This document shows positions 48,392-58,224 of a DNA stretch of 64,000 nucleotides, one piece after another; positions within the stretch are counted from its first letter, which is position 1, and every line of letters starts with the position of its first letter. A model generated the notes under the pieces. The model ran no database searches, had not been told where the DNA came from, and was given only the letters and a program-made list of their open reading frames with translations. Both the position numbers and the translations under genes were made by a program. Origin of the DNA: Minisyncoccota bacterium (GTDB lineage Bacteria; Patescibacteriota; Minisyncoccia; UBA6257; JAGOQP01); contig JAGOQP010000005.1 of NCBI GenBank assembly GCA_017991375.1, positions 8,348 to 72,347 on the forward strand. The letters are read 5' to 3'.

Positions 48392-49252
48392 ATGTATACA
48401 TATATGGAAAAAGTTCGTTATGCTCGGGTGGTAGTGGCTCTATGCGCAGGTATTATTTGTGTCTTTTGCATTGTGCGCACTGCGGGGGCTCAAGAAAACG
48501 ATGATGATTTTGATCGTTCACTTAATCGTTTCCGTGTAGAGCAAGAAGAGTTACAGAAAATACGCGTGGAAAGCCAGAAAGAAAATCAATCAAAAGCACG
48601 CCAAAATCAAAATGATCGCGTTGTTGAAAAAAGTAGGGCCGTTTTAGAGCGAAGTATTGATGTATTGTTGGCACGCACCACCCAACTAAAAAAACGCGTT
48701 GACACACAAAAATCACTCTATGGGGATTTATTATCGCGTATTAATCAACTACTTCTTGCCGAACGTGAGACGCTTAATGATTTTCTGGAGCGCATCCGTG
48801 GGGCGTCAAACGCATCTGAATTACGCATGATTGCCCAAGACATCAAATCGTACCGTGACGAGCATGGCGATGATGTGGGGGAGGTTATGATCTTAGCTCA
48901 TCTGGCTCAGCTCAAAAATACGGTGCTCGCGCAGGCAACTGCCCGCGCCGATGCTCTGGGAGAACGCTTGGGCGATTTAAAAAATGACGGTCGTGATACA
49001 AAAGAATTAGAAGTGCTTTTGGGAACGGTTCAAGAAAAAATAACCGAAGTTCAAAAAAGAGTATCTGAAGTGGAAAGAAAAATAGCTATTGAAACCTTGA
49101 GTCGTCTTGATAAAACAGAAATTCAAAAAACACTTTCTGAGGCACAGAGTCTTATCAAAGATATATATGGGCTGTTTAGAACAATCGCGCTGCGAGGGTC
49201 GGTGTTGTTTGGGTCATCTACAACCGACGGAGTTTCCACATCTACTCAGTAG
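48392..49252 (+). CDS. Secreted coiled-coil protein (third gene of sigma module 2)
   Basis: Signal peptide (VVVALCAGIICVFCIVRTAGAQE) followed by E/K/Q/R-rich heptad-like sequence. Confidence 0.35.
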   Translation: MYTYMEKVRYARVVVALCAGIICVFCIVRTAGAQENDDDFDRSLNRFRVEQEELQKIRVESQKENQSKARQNQNDRVVEKSRAVLERSIDVLLARTTQLKKRVDTQKSLYGDLLSRINQLLLAERETLNDFLERIRGASNASELRMIAQDIKSYRDEHGDDVGEVMILAHLAQLKNTVLAQATARADALGERLGDLKNDGRDTKELEVLLGTVQEKITEVQKRVSEVERKIAIETLSRLDKTEIQKTLSEAQSLIKDIYGLFRTIALRGSVLFGSSTTDGVSTSTQ

Positions 49253-49318
49253 TAATTAAGTAATCTTGAAAAAAGTCAGATACAATGGCACAATAACAAG
49301 CGCCGGCGTTTTTTATCT

Positions 49319-49391
49319 CCCCTCATAGCTCAATTGGTAGAGCTGCTCCCTCTTAAGGAGAAGGTTCTAGGTTCGAGTCCTAGTGGGGGGA
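49319..49391 (+). tRNA. tRNA-Lys (anticodon CUU)
   Basis: CCCCTCA-TA-GCTC-AATTGGTA-GAGC-T-GCTCC-CTCTTAA-GGAGA-AGGTT-CTAGG-TTCGAGT-CCTAG-TGGGGGG-A. Confidence 0.85.
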
Positions 49392-49495
49392 CTCTTCCTG
49401 TGTTTGTTTACAAAAATGTGGGAGGATGAGATCGGAGAGTGAATATCGGAAGGATATCAGATATCTGAAATCTGGCGTCTGACCTTTGAATAATT

Positions 49496-49568
49496 GCGGG
49501 TGTCGTATAGTGGCTTATTATACTTCCTTGCCAAGGAAGAGATGGGAGTTCGATTCTCCTCACCCGCT
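49496..49568 (+). tRNA. tRNA-Gly (anticodon GCC)
   Basis: GCGGGTG...CTTCC-TTGCCAA-GGAAG...GGGAG-TTCGATT-CTCCT-CACCCGC-T. Confidence 0.85.
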
Positions 49569-49656
49569 CGTTGAAATAACTCACAACCTACAACCTACAA
49601 CTTACAACAGGGACTTGTGTAGTTAGTCGTCAGTCGTCAGTTGTTAGTCATCTCTG

Positions 49657-49728
49657 TACCTCCGGAGGGATTTGAACCCCCAATAACAGGTTCGAAGCCT
49701 GTGGTGATATCCGTTTCACTACGGAGGC
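49657..49728 (-). tRNA. tRNA-Arg (anticodon UCG)
   Basis: Reverse complement: GCCTCCG-TA-GTGA-AACGGATA-TCAC-C-ACAGG-CTTCGAA-CCTGT-TATTG-GGGGG-TTCAAAT-CCCTC-CGGAGGT-A. Confidence 0.8.
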
Positions 49729-49773
49729 GACTTTTAACGCGTAGACGCGCTTGGTGTATAATAAAACGATTAT

Positions 49774-51243
49774 ATGGTTTCCGTCAAAGTTCCACATGAA
49801 ATTATTGCCCTCATGACCACGTTAAAAAACGCGGGTTTTGAGGCATATGTGGTTGGAGGATGTGTGCGCGATGCTCTATTGGGAATCGTTCCACATGATT
49901 GGGATGTTACTACAAATGCCACCCCAGATCGTGTCCAAGAGTTATTCCCAGAACATGTCTATGAAAATGCATTTGGAACAGTGGGTGTCAAAACTGGAAG
50001 TGATGATCCCACCTGCGCGATTGTTGAAGTAACCACCTATCGCGTTGAGCAAGGATATTCTGACGCGCGCCATCCCGACTCTGTTTCTTTTGCGCGCACT
50101 GTTTCAGAAGATCTTGCTCGCCGTGATTTTACGGTTAATGCTATCGCGCTTGCTGTTGACGATAATGGTTCGGTGATTGAAATAATAGACCCGTTTGGGG
50201 GACAAGATGATAATACAAAAAAGATTATTCGCGCTGTTGGTGATGCTCGAACACGATTTGGAGAAGACGCACTTCGTATGATGCGCGCGGTGCGATTATC
50301 TGCACAACTAGATTTTACTATTGACATAGACACGCAGCGCGCCATTTCTGATCAGGCACACCTTCTTAAGCGTATTTCAAAAGAACGTGTGCGGGATGAA
50401 TTTATTAAAATAATTATGACTCCGCGTGCCGCGTGGGGAGTTCAACTATTAGAATCATTTGGGTTACTCACTTTTATCGCCCCCGGTCTTCGAGAAGGAA
50501 TTGGTGTTACTCAAAATTTGCATCACATTTATACCGTGTGGGAACACAATTTGCGAACGCTTGATTATGCGGCGACAAAAGGGTTCTCTCTCCCCATTCG
50601 ATTGGCCGCGCTTTTTCATGATGTGGGTAAGCCTCGTTCAAAACGTGGAGAAGGGGAATATTCAACATTCTATTCGCACGAAATGGTAAGTACGCGCATT
50701 ATTCGTGATACTCTGCGCGATTTGAAATTTTCTTCCGATGTTGAACGGGATGCGACACATTTGGTGCGATATCATATGTTTAACTATGCCGTGGGTGACG
50801 TATCCCCTGCGGGAGTTAGACGCTTGGTTGCTCGCGTGGGAGAACACTATATTGATGATCTTATCAAGCTGCGTGAGGCGGATCGTATCGGATCAGGAGT
50901 CCCTAAAGCAATGCCGTATAAGTTGCGGCATCTTCTGTTTATGATCGAGAAGGTAAAAAACGACCCCATTTCTCCAAAAAAATTAGTTATTAACGGTACG
51001 CAGATTATGGACATGCTCACTCTTTATCCCAGTCCACGAGTGGGGCATATTCTTAATGCGTTGTTGGAGGAAGTTATTGATGATCCTACGCGTAATGAGT
51101 ATGGCTATCTTTCGACGCGCGCGCGGGAACTTAATATGTTATCTGACCAGGAGCTTGAGAAACTTCACATAAAAGCACAGCAAGCAAAAGAAGCATTTGA
51201 CGCGGTCGCCGAAGAAGAAATAAAGAAAAAACACAAGGTATAA
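49774..51243 (+). CDS. cca: CCA-adding tRNA nucleotidyltransferase with a C-terminal HD domain
   Basis: Pol-beta head GGCVRDALLG..DWDV (DxD), RDFTVNAIAL, and HD motifs (LAALFHDVGKP ... HMFNY). Confidence 0.85.
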   Translation: MVSVKVPHEIIALMTTLKNAGFEAYVVGGCVRDALLGIVPHDWDVTTNATPDRVQELFPEHVYENAFGTVGVKTGSDDPTCAIVEVTTYRVEQGYSDARHPDSVSFARTVSEDLARRDFTVNAIALAVDDNGSVIEIIDPFGGQDDNTKKIIRAVGDARTRFGEDALRMMRAVRLSAQLDFTIDIDTQRAISDQAHLLKRISKERVRDEFIKIIMTPRAAWGVQLLESFGLLTFIAPGLREGIGVTQNLHHIYTVWEHNLRTLDYAATKGFSLPIRLAALFHDVGKPRSKRGEGEYSTFYSHEMVSTRIIRDTLRDLKFSSDVERDATHLVRYHMFNYAVGDVSPAGVRRLVARVGEHYIDDLIKLREADRIGSGVPKAMPYKLRHLLFMIEKVKNDPISPKKLVINGTQIMDMLTLYPSPRVGHILNALLEEVIDDPTRNEYGYLSTRARELNMLSDQELEKLHIKAQQAKEAFDAVAEEEIKKKHKV

Positions 51244-51370
51244 ATAGTAAATAACTTTATCTTAGGTTTGAGTGAGAGTTTATCGAAGAGAGTTTGTGCG
51301 CAGAAGAATGGCAATGAATCAAGTATCTGTTGTCGGTCGTTGGTTATTAGTCGTAGGTTATACTAGTATT

Positions 51371-52183
51371 ATGCTTGGATTTTTTGATTCGGGGCTTGGG
51401 GGGCTTACGGTGTTGCGTGAAGTAGCAAAAGAACTTCCGCAGTATTCGTATATCTATTTAGGAGATAATGCGCGCACTCCTTATGGATCGCACAGTCACG
51501 AAGTTATCTATCGCTTTACTAAGCAGGGAGTGTTGGAACTTTTTAAACGTGGGGCGCGGGTGGTTATTCTTGCGTGCAACACCGCTTCTTCTGTCGCGTT
51601 GCGTAGAATCCAGCAAGAATTTTTACCACAGCGCTATCCTGATAGGCGCGTGCTAGGGATTATTATCCCTACCGCCGAAGAAATTGTTTTACGCACCACC
51701 TCAAAAGAAGTGGGAATTTTTGGAACCGAAGCGACGATTCATTCATTCGCCTACGCGAAAGAAATCACAAAACTTAATGATTCTATCAAAGTTCACCAAC
51801 AAGCATGTCCGATGCTTGTTCCTATCATTGAAGCGGGAGAGATTGAATGGGAGGGGCTTTCTCTTGCGGTAAAAAAATACACAAACGAACTTTTTTCTCA
51901 AAGTAAAAAAATTGATTCGGTTGTGTTGGGGTGTACGCACTACGCGCTTATAGAAGATATTTTTACTCGTCACATTCCTGATGATGTTGCGGTTATTTCT
52001 CAAGGAACGCTTGTCGCGCGCAAACTTGCTGACTACTTAACTCGGCACCCAGAGATTGAAATCACCCTTGATCGTTCGCGAGAGCGAACCTTTCTTTCGA
52101 CCGAGGATTCATTTCGAGTGCGAAACCTTTTCTCTCTTTTTTGGGGTGAATCCGTCGAGATGAAAAAAATAGCCTTTACCTAA
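51371..52183 (+). CDS. murI: Glutamate racemase
   Basis: FFDSGLGGLTVLREV ... VILACNTAS ... VLGCTHY (the two catalytic Cys contexts). ATG at 51371 within the longer ORF. Confidence 0.85.
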   Translation: MLGFFDSGLGGLTVLREVAKELPQYSYIYLGDNARTPYGSHSHEVIYRFTKQGVLELFKRGARVVILACNTASSVALRRIQQEFLPQRYPDRRVLGIIIPTAEEIVLRTTSKEVGIFGTEATIHSFAYAKEITKLNDSIKVHQQACPMLVPIIEAGEIEWEGLSLAVKKYTNELFSQSKKIDSVVLGCTHYALIEDIFTRHIPDDVAVISQGTLVARKLADYLTRHPEIEITLDRSRERTFLSTEDSFRVRNLFSLFWGESVEMKKIAFT

Positions 52184-52339
52184 CACTCGAGCATTAAAAC
52201 GAAATAGCAATACACGCGCTTTTTCTTTGGGGCGCGCATTATAGCAAGTAGTCGCGTGTTGCGCCTAGTCATTGATATATGTTTTTTGCTATACTTACCA
52301 TAATCATTAGCAAAAGATACTTGGGTAGATTATTATCTC

Positions 52340-52849
52340 ATGCTGCCGCCTTTTTATTCGTTTAAACTTCTTTCTCGAGATGAAGCGCGTCGTGTCCGTA
52401 CGCCGTCTTCATTGTCTTCTGGCGACGCTCGTCGCGTTGATAATAATAAACGCGCTTTTATAAAACTACTAGGTGTTGTTGGGCTCGGTTTTATTGTGAC
52501 AGCTCTTTTTCCTAAAAAAGCCGACGCGCTCGTTTTTGGCAGCGCTCCAGCGTCAAATGTTGTGGGGGTAAAAAATGCTTCAAATACTAGAATTAATCCG
52601 GCAACTGACGAGAAGCTAGACGCGATTGTGACGGCGCTTAATGCGTCGGGCGGATACAAGATTTCCGATTTAGACGATTCGGGAACAATAAATTATTTTG
52701 GATATGTCGCGTCTACTGGCGCATGGTACATTTTGGCGTATAACACGTCTACAAACACATTCCGGTATATCAAAGGAGATTCAAGTTATTCAACAAACTG
52801 GACCAATAGATCTTCTCTCTCATACGATTACTACGATGTTGTGTTTTAA
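52340..52849 (+). CDS. Hypothetical secreted protein with a Tat-like (KR) signal motif
   Basis: ...RRVDNNKRAFIKLLGVVGLGFIVTALFPKKADA resembles an S/T-R-R-x-F-L-K signal, then an S/T/N/Y-rich C-terminus. Confidence 0.35.
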   Translation: MLPPFYSFKLLSRDEARRVRTPSSLSSGDARRVDNNKRAFIKLLGVVGLGFIVTALFPKKADALVFGSAPASNVVGVKNASNTRINPATDEKLDAIVTALNASGGYKISDLDDSGTINYFGYVASTGAWYILAYNTSTNTFRYIKGDSSYSTNWTNRSSLSYDYYDVVF

Positions 52850-52889
52850 ATAATTTTTATTATCAAATAATGTTTGCGATGATATACAT

Positions 52890-53315
52890 ATGAAGGCGAT
52901 ATTAAAACAAGTTACCGATTTTGATTCGACATCTTCTGACGAATCTCTGATCAAAAAAAATACTATAGTCAAAGAAGAAAAAATAACTTCTAACGATGGT
53001 GGCCAAGAGCGTGTTGAACTGATAAAAAAAGAAATTGAGGTTATCGAGCCGATATTTATTGAAGTGGATGATCGGACATATATCAAGTTCGATAAAAGTT
53101 CGCATCGTTCTGAAACTATTAATGTTGGCGAATTACGGGATCGCAAACAAGAAATTGAAACACGGCTTGCTCTTTTAAACGACTACTCCGATGAAAACTT
53201 ACTAGCATGGGCAAAGAGTAATTACCCAGGAGAAACGGGTGTCAAAGAAAGAGAGCAGTTAATAAGCGAGCTTAATACTATTAACGGTAATTTAAACGAA
53301 ATCGATGGCGATTAA
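52890..53315 (+). CDS. Small acidic hypothetical protein; overlaps the downstream giant ORF, suggesting translational coupling
   Basis: 141 aa, E/D/K-rich with no TM. Its stop overlaps the start of the 854-aa ORF by 11 nt. Confidence 0.35.
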   Translation: MKAILKQVTDFDSTSSDESLIKKNTIVKEEKITSNDGGQERVELIKKEIEVIEPIFIEVDDRTYIKFDKSSHRSETINVGELRDRKQEIETRLALLNDYSDENLLAWAKSNYPGETGVKEREQLISELNTINGNLNEIDGD

Positions 53316-55869
53316 GGTTGCTACATCATCGGGGAACTTCAACACCGCAGGTACGTGGTACACGGGAACAGAAACCAATACTGGAAGCACGGGCGGTACA
53401 ACTATGTCGACTACCCGTTACACGGCTGCTTTTACCGCCCCAAACACGACGAACACTTGTCAAGGGATAGTCGTATTAATGTATAGTTTGCCAACGTCGT
53501 CTCTTTCAAGTGTTACTGCGCAACTGCAAGAGTATAATGGGAGTACGTGGAATGATTGCGCCGGGGCGTCGATGACTCTTAACGAAAGCGACATTGACGC
53601 GTTCCGTTACTACACCGCTTCAACCACTGTTGCGTTGTTCTTGTATTTCAAGTTCGGAACGCCTTACACGTACACGACGACCTCTGCGGGTTATTATCGC
53701 GTAAAGCTTTCTCGCGCAGTGGCGAGCGCGTCAACCGCCGTGTATGCAAGCACGGTGACGAGTGAGGTGTGGGGGGTTATTGTTGATGACCGCACAGGCG
53801 CACCAGCTTCTTCAGATACGTGTTATGTGGTTGGCGTAACGGGGACGAAGACGACGGTGACGCTTGATGGTGCTTGCGCTTGCGGCCCAACGGTTGCGAC
53901 TGATGGTACTGATTATAGTACGATAACACCCTCTAACTCTGCTAACTGGGGGTTGTGCATAGGTTATCAAGGACAAGTCATTCCCGATTCAACGCAAAAC
54001 ACAACTCTGACAATGAATGGTTCTGCTCCGATTGTCGTTGCTGGAGGTCAGCTTAACTTCGGAACAGCTTCCGCGCCTTACACCGCTTCGTATACCGCGC
54101 AGATTGTTTATAACCCAAAAACGGCTTATTCGTGTGGTATTAGGGTTTATGGGTACAATGCTTCGTTAGAGCATTTCAGTATGGTTGGTCAGAGTAAGAC
54201 ATACAAGACCACCTATACTTCTGGCGCTGGAACGACCGCGAGTCCTTTAGTGGTCGCTGACGCGACTGGCTGGGCGGTTGGAGACCTCATCGGAGTGTCG
54301 GGCGATGCTTACAACAAACACGAGTTTAAGTACATAAAGACACTTGCGGGAACGTCTATCACCACTGCCGATAGTGTTGGTGGCGCAGAAAGCGGTTTTT
54401 CAAACACTCATTACGCGGCTGATTGGGTGCTGAACCTTTCTCGTAACGTGAAAATGGTTTCTTCGGGCGCGAACAAGTTTTGGTTCGGTTTTTTGAACAA
54501 TGTTTCTACGACTGCGGGGATTATGAAGTACGCAGAGTTTTCAGACATCGGAGGAAACGCGAGTTCACGGTTTACTTTTTTCATCGCGAACACTGCTCGC
54601 CACGCAATCAATATTGAAGGGTGCGCCATTTATGACATTCGCAACACGACTAATCTTACACAACCGTTGATTTACGGCTACGACACCTCTAACGCAAGCA
54701 ACACATACAAGAACAACGTGCATTTCGTGGCGGTGCTCGCAACAGTTCCTTATGTGAGTACGATGGCGCGGTTGTCGTTGAAGAACAACTCTGCCACGAA
54801 CGTTACAAACAATTATTTCGTCGGCGGTAGATACATTGGGTGTGACTTGTATGGCTATGGAGCGACGTACGATAATTTTCACGTCAGAAACGCGAGCGCA
54901 GGATATTCAAGCTCAACTTCTTACGCGGGAATAATCGCCAATAGTGGCGCTAACGTCACGCTACAAAACTGCACAGTCAATGCTTCGCGGAGTCACGCAC
55001 TAACCATAAACGCCAATGACAACAATCTTCTCGTGAAAAACTGTTCTTTTGGGACGGTGTATGCGAACAGCGCGCTTGGCGATGTTTCGCTCAATTCATT
55101 TGGTTCGTACAGCACGGCAGTTTTTGACTCGTGCGACTTCAGTAGCGCTGGCGGGTGGTATTTCTATGTAGCAGGATCCAATGGGTATATGTATAACTCT
55201 GCGGGTTCTCAGTATGCTTTCCAAAACTATGATAATTCAAGTGGCGACCACAGGGTGTATAAACCTGAGGGTGATATACAAAGAACTGCAGCGGGACTTA
55301 CCGATACAACGGTCAGAACGACTGGCGGGAGTTGTTTAAGATTTACTCCGATAGATACGACAAACAGATTAGAATGGTCGCAGGATGTTCCTGTCGGCGA
55401 CGTTACCGCGCAAACAATGACTGTCGGCGTGTGGTGCAAGATTAACAGCGCGACATATTACGCGGGAACGAATCAGATGCCTCGCCTTACAGTAGATTAT
55501 GATAACGGCACGACGGCTTACGCGGAGGCGGCAGAATCAACTGATTGGCAATTTCTATCTATCCCCGTTACCGCCACAACTTCATATCCTAAATGGGAAC
55601 TAACCGTCTCTGCATTGACTGATGCTACAAGCACAGATGCTTATGTTTACTTCACCGACTTCTCGGTGCTCTACCCTGCGGGTTATCAGCTGAAACTCGG
55701 AGAACTGGCTTACTTTGCAGATGGAGAGCCGTTAAAGCCGACGATAGCGACCAATTTGTCACCTGCTGATGTATGGGCGGTGAGCACGAGCGGGCTTACT
55801 GGTGATGGGACAATAGGAAGGTTTGTTACAAAGTTATTAACGGTGGCGAAGTTTTTGGGGCTAAAGTAA
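53305..55869 (+). CDS. Large S/T/N/G/Y-rich protein with a predicted right-handed beta-helix (tailspike / pectin-lyase-fold-like), no signal peptide
   Basis: 854 aa. Repetitive N-x-T/S and 'NVTLQNCTV / NLLVKNCSF' rungs typical of parallel beta-helices. N-terminus MAIKVATSSGNFNTAGTWYTG has no hydrophobic leader. Confidence 0.4.
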   Translation: MAIKVATSSGNFNTAGTWYTGTETNTGSTGGTTMSTTRYTAAFTAPNTTNTCQGIVVLMYSLPTSSLSSVTAQLQEYNGSTWNDCAGASMTLNESDIDAFRYYTASTTVALFLYFKFGTPYTYTTTSAGYYRVKLSRAVASASTAVYASTVTSEVWGVIVDDRTGAPASSDTCYVVGVTGTKTTVTLDGACACGPTVATDGTDYSTITPSNSANWGLCIGYQGQVIPDSTQNTTLTMNGSAPIVVAGGQLNFGTASAPYTASYTAQIVYNPKTAYSCGIRVYGYNASLEHFSMVGQSKTYKTTYTSGAGTTASPLVVADATGWAVGDLIGVSGDAYNKHEFKYIKTLAGTSITTADSVGGAESGFSNTHYAADWVLNLSRNVKMVSSGANKFWFGFLNNVSTTAGIMKYAEFSDIGGNASSRFTFFIANTARHAINIEGCAIYDIRNTTNLTQPLIYGYDTSNASNTYKNNVHFVAVLATVPYVSTMARLSLKNNSATNVTNNYFVGGRYIGCDLYGYGATYDNFHVRNASAGYSSSTSYAGIIANSGANVTLQNCTVNASRSHALTINANDNNLLVKNCSFGTVYANSALGDVSLNSFGSYSTAVFDSCDFSSAGGWYFYVAGSNGYMYNSAGSQYAFQNYDNSSGDHRVYKPEGDIQRTAAGLTDTTVRTTGGSCLRFTPIDTTNRLEWSQDVPVGDVTAQTMTVGVWCKINSATYYAGTNQMPRLTVDYDNGTTAYAEAAESTDWQFLSIPVTATTSYPKWELTVSALTDATSTDAYVYFTDFSVLYPAGYQLKLGELAYFADGEPLKPTIATNLSPADVWAVSTSGLTGDGTIGRFVTKLLTVAKFLGLK

Positions 55870-55875
55870 TATCAT

Positions 55876-56613
55876 ATGCGCGCGAGGCAATCTTCTGGAA
55901 AAAAAATTTCTACTTTTTATCCATACCTTGATGATATTCGTCAGCGTGTGTATGGATTAGCGGTTATCTTTCTCGCGCTCTTTACTATTGGATTTTTAAG
56001 TTCGGGGGTGTTATTGCGTGCCGTTGTATTATTCTTTACAATTCCTGGCGTTTCGATCGTGACTACATCTCCGTTTCAATTTGTTGATCTCGCGATGACC
56101 ATTGGCATTTTAATGGCGCTTATCGGATGTATTCCACTTTGTGTTTATCACCTATACGCTTTTTTAAAAGATTGTCTCCATACTCGTGAGCGATTCTTAT
56201 TCTTTTTGCTTCTTCCTGCAAGCGCGTTACTTTTTGCGCTTGGCTTTGCCTATGGATTTGGCGTTTTATACTACGCGTTGAGCGCTATAGCCGCTCTTAA
56301 TATTTCCCTAGGGACTCCTAACTTATGGGACATAGGACGATTTCTCTCTCAAATTGGGGTGAGCGCTGCCTTACTTGGACTTTTATTTCAATTTCCAATC
56401 ATACTCATTTTTTTGCTTCGCGGAGGCATTATGAGTCCTGATTTTCTTAAATCAAAATGGCGTCACGCGATTATGATTATTCTCATTTTTACCGCGCTCC
56501 TTCCTCCTACTGATGGACTCTCTCTTGTTATTATGGTTGTTCCGCTTATCGTATTATATGTATGTGTCTCTTTTATGGCGCCGTTTATTGTTCGTCGCCG
56601 GACGGCGGCGTAA
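55876..56613 (+). CDS. tatC: Twin-arginine translocase subunit TatC
   Basis: YLDDIRQRV..., TTSPFQFVDLAM...YHLYAFLKDCLHTRERFLFFLLLP, and GIMSPDFLKSKWRHAIMIILIFTALLPPTD parallel E. coli TatC blocks (HLIELRKRL; SPFFTP..ERR; GITSPEDLRKKRPY...LTPPD). Confidence 0.75.
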   Translation: MRARQSSGKKISTFYPYLDDIRQRVYGLAVIFLALFTIGFLSSGVLLRAVVLFFTIPGVSIVTTSPFQFVDLAMTIGILMALIGCIPLCVYHLYAFLKDCLHTRERFLFFLLLPASALLFALGFAYGFGVLYYALSAIAALNISLGTPNLWDIGRFLSQIGVSAALLGLLFQFPIILIFLLRGGIMSPDFLKSKWRHAIMIILIFTALLPPTDGLSLVIMVVPLIVLYVCVSFMAPFIVRRRTAA

Positions 56614-56629
56614 TACTCTGGTGGTGATT

Positions 56630-58213
56630 ATGTGTATAAAGTATACTATTACTATGCGCGCACGTTTTGGAATTTTTCTTTTTGTATGTTGTGGGGCGTT
56701 TTGGTGTATTGGAACGTCCTCGTATGCGTATGAAACCGTTCTTCCAGGAGGCGCTATTACCATAGGCGAGTTTGTCTACGATGATGATTTTCAAGCAACC
56801 ACAACCCCTTGCACGGTGTCAGTATATAATCCTTCGGGTGGGTTGGCAGTAAATACAGCAATGACTGCCGAAAGTAATGGGTGGCACTATTATGTGTTTA
56901 CCGGCACAACGGCAGAGGGTACATGGCCGACATTAATTCAATGTGGATCAACAACGACGGGGGATCTTATTAAAATGGATAAAACATTCTATGTGGGGTA
57001 CGCTCCTGTTGTGACGTCAACTATTCCTGATCTTGTAGCGCAAACGGTGTGGGGGTATGCCACGCGCACGCTTTCATCCGGAGCATCTATTGTAAGTGAT
57101 ATTTGGGGAGGAGCTGGACGATCGCTCACGACGTTTGGAACGCTTGTGTCTGACGTATGGAGCGATGTTTCTGTTCCCATCAGGCGACTAAGCGACAACT
57201 TATTTAGCGGTGGCGGATCTATTGCGACAGAACAACAACTTCAAACCGCAACTAGTACATTGCAACAGGGAATCACCTCAATCGGAGCGACACTCAACGC
57301 TCGTTGGGATGTTTCTTTGTCAAACGTTGAGCGGGTTCTTGTTGGAAAAACATATCGCGCAAAAGTGAGCGTGCTTATGGCGTCCTCTACGCCGGCTGAC
57401 TCATACGCGCTTCCTCTGGTAACATTGTACGATGCTGACCGAAATGCCGTGGTATCAGCAGTTGCAATGACGAAACTTTCGGCGGGCGTGTATGAATACA
57501 CCTATAGCGTTCCAGGATCAGCCGCCGAGGGCCTGTGGGAAACAGTAGTAACAACGGAAGTGGAAGCGGGAAAAACATTAACAACAAACGACTATTGGAG
57601 TGTTGAGGGTTCTCCCGCGCAAGTTATTATTAATGGAGTGACCGATACCACTATTCCCGATATTGTTGCCAATGTGACCATTACCAATGAAGGACTGACC
57701 GGATATGAGTATCACTATGAATGGTGTGTTGTGGCAGAAAGTTCAAATACTTGTGGTGATGGAGATGATATGTATTACGCGTCCGCGTCAAAATACATAA
57801 ATGCGGGAGAAGATTGGAACACTAATTTAACCGCTGTCGTTTCTTCAGTCGGATCGTATCTATTTAAATTAGTTGTGTATTATGGCACTGAACAATCGGG
57901 CTCGTCTAGAACATTTACTGCTCAAACAGCATCCGCGCCTCCTGGAGGGGGTGGAGGAGCCGGGGGTGGGGGTGGCACGCAACAAACAACTGCACCAACT
58001 CCGTCGGGGACACCACTGGTTAACACTCAATGTCGTGGCGCGGATTTTAATTTGGATTCAAAGGTAAACTCAATTGATTTTTCAATTTTACTCGCGTTTT
58101 GGAAGACAGCGTCGCCATTCAAAAACCCTTGCGTGGATATTAATACGGATTTGAGAGTTGATTCAGTCGATTTTTCTATACTTATGTATCAGTGGGGTAA
58201 AAAGGGAATATAA
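56630..58213 (+). CDS. Secreted protein with a Gly-rich linker and a C-terminal type-I dockerin domain
   Basis: Signal peptide (RFGIFLFVCCGAFWCIGTSSYA). Linker APPGGGGGAGGGGGTQQTTAPTPSG. Duplicated Ca-binding segments ADFNLDSKVNSIDFSILLAFW and DINTDLRVDSVDFSILMYQW. Confidence 0.6.
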   Translation: MCIKYTITMRARFGIFLFVCCGAFWCIGTSSYAYETVLPGGAITIGEFVYDDDFQATTTPCTVSVYNPSGGLAVNTAMTAESNGWHYYVFTGTTAEGTWPTLIQCGSTTTGDLIKMDKTFYVGYAPVVTSTIPDLVAQTVWGYATRTLSSGASIVSDIWGGAGRSLTTFGTLVSDVWSDVSVPIRRLSDNLFSGGGSIATEQQLQTATSTLQQGITSIGATLNARWDVSLSNVERVLVGKTYRAKVSVLMASSTPADSYALPLVTLYDADRNAVVSAVAMTKLSAGVYEYTYSVPGSAAEGLWETVVTTEVEAGKTLTTNDYWSVEGSPAQVIINGVTDTTIPDIVANVTITNEGLTGYEYHYEWCVVAESSNTCGDGDDMYYASASKYINAGEDWNTNLTAVVSSVGSYLFKLVVYYGTEQSGSSRTFTAQTASAPPGGGGGAGGGGGTQQTTAPTPSGTPLVNTQCRGADFNLDSKVNSIDFSILLAFWKTASPFKNPCVDINTDLRVDSVDFSILMYQWGKKGI

Positions 58214-58224
58214 TATTCATAACT

